Assembly (NCBI RefSeq): GCF_004010195.1
Contig: NC_057755.1
Location: 2,749,498-2,813,112, forward strand
Length of the DNA: 63,615 nt
Source: Chiloscyllium plagiosum
Lineage: Eukaryota
Reading direction: 5' to 3'
Position numbers and translations under genes: made by a program. The notes under the pieces were generated by a model. The model worked only from the letters and a program-made list of their open reading frames with translations, was not told where the DNA came from and searched no databases. Position 1 is the stretch's first letter. Each line of letters opens with the position of its first letter. Positions 1 to 12,192 of this stretch are shown in pieces.

Positions 1-525
1 AGCTTGGCATCTTTTACCATGTCCATCAGGGCTCTGGACGTGGCGTCCAGATTACTGACCCCCCGCCGGATCGTCCATCTGTATCAATGATACAGTTGAA
101 GTCTCCAGCCAAAATGACCGGCCTGGACGTAGCCAGCAACAGTGGAAGCTGCTGCAGGACAGCCAACCGTTCACTCTTACCCACTGGGGCATACACATTA
201 ATCAGTCTCAGGGGAGCATTCCTGTACATGACGTCGGCGACGAGGAGGCGCCCGCCCACCACCTCCTTAACCTCGCAGATGGTGAAGTTGCCTCCTTGCA
301 ACAGGATACCCAGGCCGGAGGCGCAGCTATCGTTACCCCCCAACCAAACTGACGGCCCATGGGTCCACAAGCTCGACCATATCCTGTAGCTGCTGAGGTG
401 CGGTATCCCACACTCCTACAGAAACAGGACGTCGGCTTTAATGTTGGCCAGGAAGGCCATCGTAGAAACACATCGCATAGCCGATTTGATGCTACGCACA
501 TTGATGCTGGCAATTTTAACCCCAT
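1..525 (-). mobile_element. Tx1-clade non-LTR retrotransposon ORF2 N-terminus (APE endonuclease), frameshifted, continues off the left edge
   Basis: ORF 26..370 contains the APE motifs LRLINVYAP and VILAGDFNC. ORF2 starts at 525 (MGLK...), immediately after the ORF1 stop, and the frame is broken. Confidence 0.85.
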
Positions 526-526
526 T

Positions 527-1797
527 TTAACAGTTTACAAGGTTGACACTGTCCATTTGCTGCTGGTCTTGCCTCTCTGGGGTAGCTGTGTGCATCCCCG
601 TGGTGATGGCAAACTGCTGGACCCTCCCAGGGCTGAGGTAGCTGTCCGGCTCCACGCTGGGGCCATTTCCCCGCTCTAGTGTCTTCGGGTCGGGCCCAGG
701 GTCCGCATAGTCCAGTTCTCCATCTGACAGCGGGGCTATCACAGGACCGCTGCTCCCAGTTACCTGGAGCTGTAGGGAGGTGGGTACCTCTTGGTTCTCA
801 CCGAGTGGGGGGAGGCCTTTACCCATCCCCTCAGAGGGATTGTCTTTTCCTGCTTGGGCGGTGCTGCCCGCCTTTTTCCCCACGGCACTCTGTCTCTTCC
901 TCTGGTGACGACCCTCCTTGCACCCGTCCTCACCGTCGGAAGAGCTGCCTGTATCCTCGTCATGTAGGTGTCGCTTCCCCCTTTGCTGGGTGGCTTTGGG
1001 AGGTTTCCTCTTCCTTCTTTTGACAGTAATCCAATCCTCTGCCTCCTTTGATCCTTCCTCTTCCATTTCCTCCGTCTATCTTGAAGGAGCTTGGATCAGC
1101 TGCTGCATCTCCCCGCTGTCTGCCGTCTGCTCTGCTACAGCCTGCCCTTCCTTCTGGGTGCCTCCAGACACCGTTCCCGTGCTGTTATGTGGTACCTTGT
1201 TGGTCTTAGGCGGTCCACGGCTCATGTTGCCACCTCCGGCCATCTGTGCGTAGGTGGCGACCCCTCGTCTTGGGCAGGCCTTGTACATGTGGCCCGCCTC
1301 TCCGCACAGATTACAGTTCTTGGCCTCCTTACATTCATTGGTCGGGTGGTCTTCCTGCTTGCAGTTTCGGCAGACAGTCACCTTACAATCCGCCGCCATG
1401 TGGCCTGACCTCCCGCAGGTTCGGCACACTTTCGACTGCCCTGCATAGGTCAGGTAACCTCTGCTTCCTCCGATGGCAAAGCTGGAGGGTGGGTGGAGGA
1501 TGTTCCCACTGGCATTGACCCTCAGGGTTACCCTGACCTGTTGTTTGCTGGTCCAGATCCCAAAAGGATCGACCACATCGGTACTCTTTCCCTCGACCTG
1601 GACGTATCTTCTCAAGAAGGTCAGGACATCTGCTACTGGGACGTGAGGGTTGTACATCTGGATTGTTACAACCCGACTCCTCTGCGCCGACAAGATGGAG
1701 AACAGAGGTTCCCCTTCCTTCTCTTTGAAGATCTTCAGGAGCTGCTCACAATTCTTCACGCTCTTGAAGGTGACGTCGAAATAGCCTGCCCCAGGGA
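527..1797 (-). mobile_element. Tx1-clade ORF1 (gag-like, three CCHC zinc knuckles, ZCCHC3-like), split and 5'-truncated
   Basis: ORF 1076..1759 has CRTCGRSGHMAADC, CRNCKQEDHPTNEC and CNLCGEAGHMYKAC. The low-complexity basic/acidic tail is in ORF 527..1066. Confidence 0.85.
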
Positions 1798-1800
1798 ATT

Positions 1801-2338
1801 ATTTTTTATTTCAAAAATATACTTTATTCATAAAATATTTTGATGATCTGTACAATTGGTCATGCCATACATATGTAAACATTCCATTTCTTTGCATACT
1901 GAGACAGAGTAATCGTTCATATATACAGGTCTGTATGATTACTCTCCACATATTTAGCTGGGAGGTCAGCCGAGCCCCCTTACTGCGTCAGCCCCCTGTG
2001 CTTAGGCAGGCAGGCAGACGATACACGGTGGTCTTTCCCCACCGCGCCTTGGTGGCAGCTGCACCAAGCTTCAGCGTGTCCCTCAACATGTAGTTCTGGA
2101 ACTTGGAATGCGCCATACTGCAACACTCAGTCGGGGTCAACTGCTTCAGCTGGAAGATCAACAGATTTCGGACCGCCCAGAGAGCATCCTTCACAGATGA
2201 TCCTCTAGGCACAGTAGCTGTTCGTCTCTGTGTGCATCCCGGGGAACAGGCTGAAGAGCACGGAGTCCTACGTCACGGCGCTGCTCTGGACGAAACTCTA
2301 CAAACACCACTGCATTCCTCTCCAGACTTTCGCTGCAT
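1801..2338 (-). mobile_element. 3' end of a second Tx1 element (ORF2 C-terminus, 3'UTR, AATAAA/A-tail) abutting ORF1 of the first
   Basis: ORF 1988..2212 (...DALWAVRNLLIFQ...LGAAATKARWGKTTV) is nearly the same as 45924..46184. The terminus TTTTTTATTTCAAAAATATACTTTATTCAT also occurs at about 16487 and 45703. Confidence 0.85.
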
Positions 2339-2557
2339 AAGGGATGAATGCAGATTTCTCCAGCTACTTCATTTCCCCTCTCCCCACCTTATCTCAGTGC
2401 CAACCCTCGGACTCAGCACCGCCTGAGACAAAAACGAATCGGAATTGCACGAAAGCAAAGACTAACCAAATGCTATTTAAGTACAGAACATAAGAAATAA
2501 GACAAAAAACGTATCCAAAACAGAATCAACAAAGCTGCTTTTCAGATTTTTTAATGT

Positions 2558-2746
2558 GGAGTGCACCATTCCCAGAAACACTGCAATACTAGGACGATGC
2601 GCGAAGTTGGCGGAGCAAGCTCCTAGCACAACTCCTGCCTGCAAAAATCAGATTAATATTGAGTCCCTAAATAAGAGACATATCAGATATTAAAACTGAC
2701 AAGAACAGAACTACACATGATCTTAGCCAAAAGGCCGAGAAGCGAT
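2558..2746 (-). ncRNA. RNU2: U2 spliceosomal snRNA, full length, divergent variant or pseudogene
   Basis: Minus strand reads ATCGCTTCTCGGCCTTTTGGCTAAGATCATGTGTAGTTCTGTTC...GATTTTTG (Sm site)...GGAGCTTGCTCC...TATTGCAGT...GGTGCAC. Stems IIa, IIb, III and IV still pair. A 3'-box-like ATCTGAAAAGCAG lies about 10 nt downstream. Confidence 0.93.
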
Positions 2747-3435
2747 AGGCGACTCGGGCCTGACAACCTCAGGACCCAGCCGCTTCCTATATTTTCTGTC
2801 AGCCTGACTGTGACTAAAGACTTATAGCTCACGGCTGACAGTTTCATTGCTGCTCCGTCGTTTCCAGATTTTCGAACCAGAGGAAACGATCCGTTCAGCC
2901 AGGTGGCTTCATCTAATCTTTTCTGTGACCATGCTTGATAGTGAACGTAGAGGAGCAGTAATATACCAATCAGATGCGCTGGGGCTGAGGAACGTCACTA
3001 ACAAGCCGGTAGTCTGTCTCTGACAGAGTGTGAATGAGATTGCAGCAACCCACTGGGATAGAGCTGTACACAGAGAATGGTGCAGCACGGAGGGAGGCAC
3101 TGCAGCCTCTCATTGTCTGCATCAGTTGTCTGTCTCTATGGGTTCCTTCCTTAGTCCCACTCGCCATGGTTTTCCCCATGCATGATTGAATCTGGCTCTA
3201 GTGTCCCCTCAGGCAGTGCACAACCAATAGTAACCACTCAATGAAGATGGAATACCTTGATGAAATGACACTTCGTTTAAAACAAATAACCCCTACCCCC
3301 GCCCTCACCTCCATGTATTCCCTTGGTACATGCAATTGCCTGGAGTTTGTGCTGTTCCATTCTCTGGTCTAAACAAACTAAACTGTTAACAATGCTAACA
3401 ATTCCTGCTTCTCCACAAGGCAAATCAAGACAGAC

Positions 3436-4491
3436 AAATGAAACGGGTTCTAATTCTGATCGAGTACCATCACTGGAAATATTAGGTGACTGTTCTGAAC
3501 GGAAGTCCTTAGACTAATCCTTCCATTTTGTATTATGTGAACTCTGATCTCCATACCATGAAACTCTGCCAACCCTGCCAATTGAAATGAACAGAACCAT
3601 GGTGGACCTGAAGTTCGATCGAGTGAATCAGCCACAAATGATTTGGCTTTGTCTCCAAATATTCCAATTGCAATTTGCTACCTTAGAATTGCAAATCAAG
3701 ATTCACAGAGTCATGGAGTTGTTCAGCACAGAAATAAACTCTTTGTTTAAGCCTTTTCAAAGAATTCAATAAGGTTTGTGAGGCACGACTTGCCCTTCAC
3801 AAAACCATGCTGACTATCCTTGATCATATTATTCCTATCCAGATGTTCATAAATCCTATCCCTTACAATTCTCTCTAAGACTTTGCCCACAACAGAAGTG
3901 AGACTCACCGGCCTATAGTTACTAGGGTTATCCCTACTCCCCTTTTTGAACAAGGGAACCACATTTTCTATCCTCCAGTCTTCTGGCACTACTCCTGTAG
4001 ACAAAGCGGACATAAAAATCAAGGCCAATGGCTCTGCAATCTCTTCCCTTGCTTCCCAGAGAATCCTAGGATAAATGCCATCAGGCCCAGGGGACTTATC
4101 TATTTTCACCTTTTCCAGGATTTCCAACACCTCTTCTCCACATACCTCAAAGCCATCCATTCTACTTATGACAGTAGAAATGAAACGGGTTCTAATTCTG
4201 ATCGAGTACCATCACTGGAAATATTAGGTGACTTCTGAACGGAAATCCTTAGACTAATCCTTCCATTTTGTATTATGTGAACTCTGATCTCCAAACCATG
4301 AAACTCTGCCAACCCTGCCAATTGAAATGAACAGAACCATGGTGGACCTGAAGTTCGATCGAGTGAATCAGCCACAAATGATTTGGCTTTGTCTCCAAAT
4401 AATCCAATTGCAATTTGCTACCTTAGAATTGCAAATCAAGATTCACAGAGTCATGGAGTTGTACAGCACAGAAATAGACTCTTTGTTTAAG
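3436..4491. repeat. About 315 bp direct duplication (3436-3751 and 4178-4491) flanking a CR1 fragment
   Basis: Both copies run AAATGAAACGGGTTC...CTCTTTGTTTAAG with only a few differences. ORFs 3450..3635 and 4166..4375 are near-identical. Confidence 0.9.
3751..4165 (-). mobile_element. CR1 LINE ORF2 internal fragment (RT N-terminal part)
   Basis: ORF 3747..4160 has KSPGPDGIYPRIL, NYRPVSLTSVVGK and QHGFVKGKSCLTNLIEFFE. Confidence 0.92.
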
Positions 4492-4494
4492 TGA

Positions 4495-5060
4495 CTGACA
4501 TCCATCAGATAACTTCAATAAATCTAGTCCCACTTGCCAGCATTTAGCCAAAATCCCTCTGAATCCTTCCTATTCATATACCCATCCAGATGCTTTTCAA
4601 ATGTTGTAATTGTACTCTACACCACCACCTCCTCTGGCAACTCATTCCATACATACACCATCCTCTGCATGACAAAAAGGTTGCCCCTCAGGTCCCTTTT
4701 AAATCTATCTTCTCTCAAATTAAACCTGTGGCCTCTTCTGATGAACTCCCCTACCCTGGGGAAAAATGCCCCTCATGATTTTATAAATGTCTATAAGGTC
4801 ACCCCTCAGCCTTCAACACCCCATACAGTACATTGTCACCCATCTTGCTGAAGTCCATGTAGACAACGTCTGCTGCTCTGCCTTCATCAATCCTCATTGT
4901 CACCTCTTCAAAAACCTCAATCAAGTAAATGAGAGATGATTTCCCACACAAAAAGCCATGTTAACTATCCCTAATCAGTCCTTGCTTTTCCAAGTGCACG
5001 TAAATCCTGATCCTCAACATACCCTCCAGTAACTTACTTATCACTGACATCAGGCTCAGC
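4495..5060 (-). mobile_element. CR1 LINE 3' and RT fragments
   Basis: Reverse complement of the CR1 3' region seen at 51100-51370 and of the HGF...TNLIEFFEEV region. Confidence 0.75.
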
Positions 5061-5403
5061 AGAACTATATTGTTGTTATGGTGCAGACAGCACATTATTA
5101 AAATAATTAGTTTAATATTATCTTTGCAATCAGAATGCAAAGTCTAAAATGCAAAATAAATCAAAGAGCTTCCTCACCTGCTCTACTCCTTATAGTATTA
5201 ATGAAAATTGTCCAATTCAGTTTATGGTCAAGTCTTGCTTCTTTGATATTGATAGAAGTGGATTAACAGAAATGTATCTGAATAGCAAGTGGGATCATTT
5301 GGATTCTTTCTTACTCGGGATGCGCACTGCCAGGCAGGGTTATGACTTTTATAACCTTTGCCACTTTTCACCCCAAGCCTGAACTTCTTTGAATGTTGTC
5401 ATG

Positions 5404-5918
5404 GATTGCTTCAGTGTCTGAGTAGCTGGAAATTATGTTGCACGTGATGCAACCGATTGCTTCAGTGTCTGAGTAGCTGGAAATTATGTTGCACGTGATG
5501 CAACCGATTGCTTCAGTGTCTGAGTAGCTGGAAATTATGTTGCACGTGATGCAACCGATTGCTTCAGTGTCTGAGTAGCTGGAAATTATGTTGCACGTGA
5601 TGCAACCGATTGCTTCAGTGTCTGAGTAGCTGGAAATTATGTTGCACGTGATGCAACCGATTGCTTCAGTGTCTGAGTAGCTGGAAATTATGTTGCACGT
5701 GATGCAACCGATTGCTTCAGTGTCTGAGTAGCTGGAAATTATGTTGCACGTGATGCAACCGATTGCTTCAGTGTCTGAGTAGCTGGAAATTATGTTGCAC
5801 GTGATGCAACCGATTGCTTCAGTGTCTGAGTAGCTGGAAATTATGTTGCACGTGATGCAACCGATTGCTTCAGTGTCTGAGTAGCTGGAAATTATGTTGC
5901 ACGTGATGCAACCGATTG
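5404..5918. repeat. Perfect 51-bp tandem repeat, 10 copies
   Basis: Unit GATTGCTTCAGTGTCTGAGTAGCTGGAAATTATGTTGCACGTGATGCAACC, seen as a 17-aa repeat in ORF 5368..6033. Confidence 0.97.
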
Positions 5919-6699
5919 GGTACACCCACACTTCAGGTCTCATGGTAGATAGAAAATGATTGACCAAACCAAGCGTTGGCCGTGGTGAGGTGTTGGAGAT
6001 GATTGTGAGGAACCCCCATGGAAAAGTTGTCATGCTGAGATGATAGGTTTGTGCGAAGATTTGTAGATGATAGGCTTGTGGTCACCAGAAACATTTCCCT
6101 TTGTGGTATGGATAACTCTAACCAGTGGTTTCAGACTGCATTGAGTTCTGGACCTCTGTGGATCCAGTGGACTCGAACTCAGAGTGTGTTTAGTCAGTTG
6201 TTGCAAATATTTACCTCTTGATATTTTCCTCTTAACTCTCCCAATGTTGGAGCGAAACTGGAGCAGCTTGATTAGCCTCAGGTCTGATTTTGCAGGACAA
6301 ACAGTTCTTGATTTTCTGAAGCATCTCTGACATTAACATCGGTTTTGAATTGATTTTGATTGATTTTATTGTCAAAACAATTCAAAACCCACTTTATTGT
6401 TCGTGATGCTGTAGGAAATCAAGACACTCGGTTCACTGTGCCTACAAAATCATTCATTCCTGTTATGACTGAATACAGAAAGACAAACCCAAACGATGTA
6501 GTGCATGAAAGAGAGGAAAGGCAGACAGGCTCCCGAATCATTTTATATCGTTACTAGAGGAGCAGGACAACCGAAACAGGGAGGGACAGGAAAATGAGTG
6601 AAATACCTATCAGATTTTTAAAATTAATTTGTACTATACTTTACTGTTCTAATCTCAATTGTGTACAATAAATGAATATTATTTTCTGTAAAAGCCGAC

Positions 6700-8108
6700 T
6701 CTCAGTTCTTTTACTGAATATAAGGATTATAATACACTGTGTGGCAGGCACATCAATGGAGACATGGATGAAAGGGGATCAGCACTGGGAGCTAAATATC
6801 CAGGGATATGCATCCTATCAAAAAGGCAGGTGGGCAGAGGGAATAGGGTTGCCTTGTTTGTAAAAAAATGAAAGTAAGACAACAGCGATAAACAAAGTAC
6901 AGTTGGGATGATGTAGAATCTGTGTGGATAGGGTTGAAGAAATACAAAGGTTAAAAAAAATCATAACGGGAGTTATCGACAGGCCTTCAAACAATAATCA
7001 GGATTTGGGACACAAGATACAGCAAGAGATAGAAAAGGCATGTAAGAAAGGTAAGGTTACAGTGATCGTAGGGGATTTTAATATGCAGATAGATTGGGAA
7101 AAAAACAGGTGGTCATAGATTGCAAGAAAAGGAATTTGTGGAACGTGTACGAGATGGCTTTCTGGAGCAACTTTAGGTGGAGCCCACTAGGGGACAGTCA
7201 ATACTGGATTTAGTGTTGTGCAATGAGGCAGACTTGATAAGGGAGCTTACGGTGAAGGGGCCCTGAGGAGGCAGTGACCATAATATGAATGTATTTACCC
7301 TGCAGTTTAAGAGGGAGAAGGAGGAATCAGATGTAACTGTATTAGTAACTATATTACAGTTGAATAAAGGCAACTACAGAGGCATGAGGGAGAAGCTGAC
7401 CGGAAGGACTGGGAGAGGAGCCTAACAGGACACACAATGAAACAGCAATGGCAGGAGTTTCTGAGAGTAATTTGAGAAACACAGCAACAATTCATCCGAA
7501 GGAACAAGAAGCATACTGAAAGAAGGATGAGGCAACCTGGCTGACCAGGGAAATCAGGGACAGTATAAAAGCAAAAGAGAAAACATAAAATGTGGCAAAT
7601 GATAATGGGAAGCCAGAGGATTGGGAAGCCTACATAGACCAACAGAGGACAATGCAGAAAGAAATAAGGAGGGACAAGATTAAATATGAGGGTAAGCTCG
7701 CTGGTAATATTATGAAACTTTGCAAGAGTTTCTTCAGATATATAAAGGGCAGAAGAGAGAGATAAGTGGACTCTGGGCCCCTGGCAAAATTATCTGGAGA
7801 AATTGTAGTGGGGAGCAAGGAAATGGCAGCGGAACTGAATAAGTACTTTGTGTCAGTCTTCATAGAGAAGACACAAATCATATCCCAAAAATTCAAGAGA
7901 GTCAGGGGAAGAGATGAGCATGGTAGCCATCACCAAGGTGAAGGTGCTAGAAAAATGGACAGGTCTGAAAGTGGATAAATCACCAGGATCAGAGGGGCTA
8001 CAGCCCAGAGTTCTCAAAGAGGTAGTTGAAGAGCTAATGAAGGTTTTAGTAGTGATCTTTCAGGTATCACTGGACTCGGGGAGGATCCTGAGGGACTGGA
8101 AAATTCCT
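6700..8108 (+). mobile_element. Degenerate CR1 LINE ORF2 (endonuclease to RT start)
   Basis: Fragments WELNIQGY, VIVGDFNMQIDW, ILDLVLCNE, ELNKYFVSVF and DKSPGSEGLQPRVLKE, broken by stops and frameshifts. Confidence 0.85.
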
Positions 8109-8149
8109 TACTTTGAAACAGTGAGAGCGTCTAGCAGGTGGTATATTAT

Positions 8150-8557
8150 GAATGGTTTCTGTATGTGAGAGAGTGATACAGAGTGAGAAGAGGAGAGGAG
8201 AGAATATTAAATATTTGTGTGTGAGCGATAGACAGAAAGTGCAGCAAAGGGTACATTGCTAAAGATTTGTGCATATGAGTGCAGCAGAGGGGGAATTAGA
8301 AAAATGCCAGTGTGAGAGAGACAACACGATACACAGTACATCGAGGGATGGGGAGACACAATTCATTTAGGATTTGTGTGTGACACAGAGAAAGTACAGC
8401 AGAGAGCAATTTATTAAAGATTTGTCAGAATGAGACAGAGTGATACAGAGATAGTCCAGCAGGGGAGAGATAATGAAATATTATTGTCTGAACGAGTGTG
8501 TGATAGAGAGAAAGTAAAGCAGAGAGGATATTATTATACATTTTTATGTGTGTGTGT

Positions 8558-8644
<87 letters not shown>

Positions 8645-8690
8645 TATAATACAGAGTGCAGAGGAGGGATGTACTTTATTTAAGATTTGC
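8150..8690. repeat. Degenerate ~60-bp purine-rich tandem repeat containing a (GT)n/(GA)n microsatellite (about 8547-8643)
   Basis: Recurring ATTAAAGATTTGTGTG...GAGAGTGATACAGAG...CAGCAGAGGG motifs and a long GA run. Confidence 0.75.
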
Positions 8691-8796
8691 ATGTCATCTG
8701 TATACAGAGAGGCTTTGACCTGCAGGCCCTGGCTGCCTGGAAGAGTTCCCCTCTCACTCACATCCTTCCTCAATGACTCAGCAAAAGGCTCTAGAG

Positions 8797-9095
8797 AACG
8801 GTGGCACAGTGGTTAGCACTGTTGCCTCACGGCACCAGAGACCCGGGTTGAATTCCTGCCTCAGGCCACTCTCTGTGTGGAGTTTGCACATTCTCCCTGC
8901 GTGTCTGCGTGGGTTTCCTCCGGGTGCTCCAGTTTCCTCTCACAATCCAAAAATGTGAAGGTTAAGTGAATTGGCCATGCTAAATTGCCCGTAGTGTTAG
9001 ATGAAGGGGTAAATATAGGGGAATGGGTCTGGGTGGGTTGGTGTGGACTTGTTGGGCCGAAGGGCCTGTTTCCACACTAAGTAATCTAATCTAAA
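8797..9095 (+). mobile_element. tRNA-derived V-SINE (HE1-like)
   Basis: A/B-box head GGTGGCACAGTGGTTAGCAC...GGGTTGAATTCC, V-domain GTGTGGAGTTTGCACATTCTCC, (AATCT)n tail. Confidence 0.9.
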
Positions 9096-12000
9096 CATAC
9101 AGACAAGGCACAAGAGAATGGGCAGTACTGCCTGACTCTGGATCTGATCGGGAAAGCTTTCTGATTCCCACCCATTGATTGAGACTGAGCTAACGATGTT
9201 GGTGGAGAGCAGTCAGATCTAATTACAAATTTCCTTCCCCCCCAAGCCATTTTGGATACCACACCCCACATGGAGGAGTGCAATATCCTGTCAAAGGCCT
9301 TCCCCTGGCTCAGGCTGATGCGGCCATCCCTCAGGTCCTACCTGGTACAGCACAGGTTTGATTGGGGTGAATCACCAATCCAACAGCAGTTCGCCAGTTG
9401 ATGGTAATGTATGAACATCTCTCTTGTATAACAAAAAGTTGCCCCCCATGATTTTACAAAGCATAAATGTTGGCATGTGTCAGATGCTACAGGTTGAATG
9501 CCAGTATCTACATGCATTGGGTGCAAGTAGCTGTCGCCCATTGGGCATGCCCTGAGATGTTAATGCCATGTGTCCAAGATAGATGTGTGGAAGAGCAAAC
9601 AGCCACCTAATGTCGCAGATACTCACTTACTTTTGTGTTCAGAGTTCGCAGCCCCTCATTGCTTTTTGGCAGGGGGTAGAATAGGAACATATATATTAAA
9701 TGAGGCGAGATAAGTAATAATGAGCCTGAATGTGTTCCTTGCCATTAACTTGTAATAATCTCATCTTTGCCTCCAAGATTTGCTTGGTAAATTTGACCTG
9801 TAAATCGCAACGACAAGAAAGGCCTCATTTGACATCTCACACAATTCTTCCAAATTGTTCACCATCATTGACGTCTTTTGCCAGTGTACTGTTGTGAGGA
9901 GGAAGAGAGTTCCCTTGGCTAGGGAGATGTTTGAAAAAAAAGGCAGTCAACAATGCCCAAGTAATTTTCTCATGGTTTATTGAGTTTGCAAAGAAGCATC
10001 AGTTTAGATATGTCACATTAGTTAACTGGATAAACAAAGTATACAACAAAGTGACAATTGGTATCAGCGACTGATACCAGAGGACAAACAGACAGACGGC
10101 ACTTGTTAAAGTGGTGGGGTTGCATCTCTCATGGAGATGACAGCGAATTCTTCCCGTGACCTTCCTCCTCTTCTTCTGCTCCATCTTTCATCTGCCTGAT
10201 GAGGACTGCTCAATGAAGACTGCTTTCTGGGGACAGACTAAGGAGATCTGCTATCGACGACATCTGCTTGTTGAGAAGTACATTCAGAACTTCTCTCTGC
10301 CCCAAGACATTATTCAATCATATTTCAAGGGGCATGTCCTTTATACTATGTCAATCAATTGTCTGAACACTTTTGGCCAGTGGTCATGGGGCAGCTGCAT
10401 TGGAACTACTGGAAATAGCAGCTTATAAACCTTGGGATGCAGGTGCTTGTGGGATAGAAAGCAAGGAACAAAGGGATCTTGTCAGTGTTGTGGGAGGGAA
10501 GAGCAGGGGTGGTGATGGCAGAAGTGTGGGAAATGGTTGGGACATGTCTAAGGACCATGTCTATCCCAGTAAGTGCCTCAAGTGACGATTCCACCAGTCT
10601 ACACTTTCCACCCACCAGCATCTTTGATTTGATTATTGTCACATATACCTAGATACAGTGAAAAGTTCTATTTGCCTGCAGTACAGGCAGATTATACTGT
10701 ACAAAGTGCATTAGGTAATACAACAAAGCAAAGACTACAATGCAGAGAGAAGGTGCACAGAGAGCGAGATCCATATTAAAATTAAATTCAATGGCCCATT
10801 CAGAAGTATAATAATACATCTAATAATCTTCAGATCATTCAGGTGGGTGGAGGGGGTTATTGAGGCTTTACAAGGAGGTAGTCACACCACAGGTACAACA
10901 AAGAGGCAGGTGGGTTAGTAAGAGGATGGAAAGGGAACCAGAAAACAGTGCAGGGATCCCTGTAGCCATTCCCCTCAAAGGGTATATTGTTATGGATAGT
11001 GTTGGGGTTGGGGGGTGCCGGTGGTGGTGAAATGACTTACCGGGGTAAGTCATAGAGTACATGTCTCTGGCACAGTGTCTGTCTTTATTGCTCAGAAGGG
11101 AAGTTAGCTGGGGGGGAAGGGAATAAGCAGAGCATTAGTCACCAGGGACTCCCGAATTAAGTGGTCAGAAAGGGAATGAAAGAGACTTACATTTGGGGTG
11201 TTGCCTCTCAGGTGCCAAAGTTCGTGATGTAGGTTCTGGGATTTAGATGTTTCAGTCAGAACAGAGAAGATGGCCAAAAAGGGGGAGGTGTGGCATTGTT
11301 AGTCAAGGGCTGTATTACTGTGGCAGAAAGGATATTTGAAGACTCGTCCACTGAGGTAGTATGGACTGAGATTAGAAATAGGAAAGGAGAAGTCACCCTT
11401 TTGAGAGTTTTCAATCGGCCTACGGATTAGTTCCAGAGGGAGAGGAAAGGATTGCAAATCTGATTCTGGAACTGAGCAAGCGTAACAGGGAAGTTGTTAT
11501 GGGGAGAAAAAGGGCGCTCGAGGGTTACAATCTAGCCAGAAAACACCTGAATAGAGAACTAAGAGGAGGCAGCAGGCGACATGAGAAGTTGTTGGTAGAT
11601 ATGATCAAGGAAAACCCTAAAGCTTTTGATAGGTATAATCAGGAATAAATGACTAGAGATAGATTAGGGCCAAACAAGAATGGTAGTGGGAAGTTGTGCA
11701 TGGAGTTTGAGGAGATAGGAAAAGTGTTTAATGAATTTTTTTTGTCAGTATTCACACTGGAAAGAGACAATGTTGTCAAGGGAAATACTGAGATGGAGGC
11801 TACTAGACTAGACAGGATTGAGGTTCACAAGGAGGAGGTGTTAGCAATTCTGGAAAGTGTGAAAATAGATAAGCCCCCTGGACCAGATGGGATTTATCCT
11901 AGGATTCTCTGGGAAGCCAGGGAGGATATTGCAGAGCCTTTGACTTTGATCTTTAGGTCGACGTAGTCTACAGGAATAGCGCCAGAAGACTGGAGGATAG

Positions 12001-12192
12001 CAAATGTTGTCCCCTTCGCAAGAAGGGGAGTAGAGACAACCCTGGTAATTATGGAGCAGTGAGCCTTACTTCAGTTGTGGGTAAAGTGTTGGGAAGGGTT
12101 ATAAAGAGATAAAATTTATAATCATCGAGAAAGGAATACGTTGATTGGAGATAGTCAATACGGTTTTGTGAAGGGTGCATAGTGCCTCACAA

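Noticed and set aside
1076..1759. Host ZCCHC3-like gene
   Set aside because: Directly followed by an APE ORF2, split by a frame break and truncated, so it is a retrotransposon ORF1.
1..2746. Tx1 elements next to U2 as a Keno-type site-specific insertion
   Set aside because: U2 is uninterrupted and lies more than 200 bp from the Tx1 fragment, and the Tx1 3' junction is in another Tx1 ORF1, not in U2.
5368..6033. 221-aa Cys-containing repeat ORF, or a CRISPR-like array
   Set aside because: Contiguous identical 51-bp units with no spacers and no synonymous variation, in a eukaryotic context.
8430..8816. ER-repeat protein ORF
   Set aside because: Translation of a (GA)n microsatellite plus a short Tx1 RT fragment.
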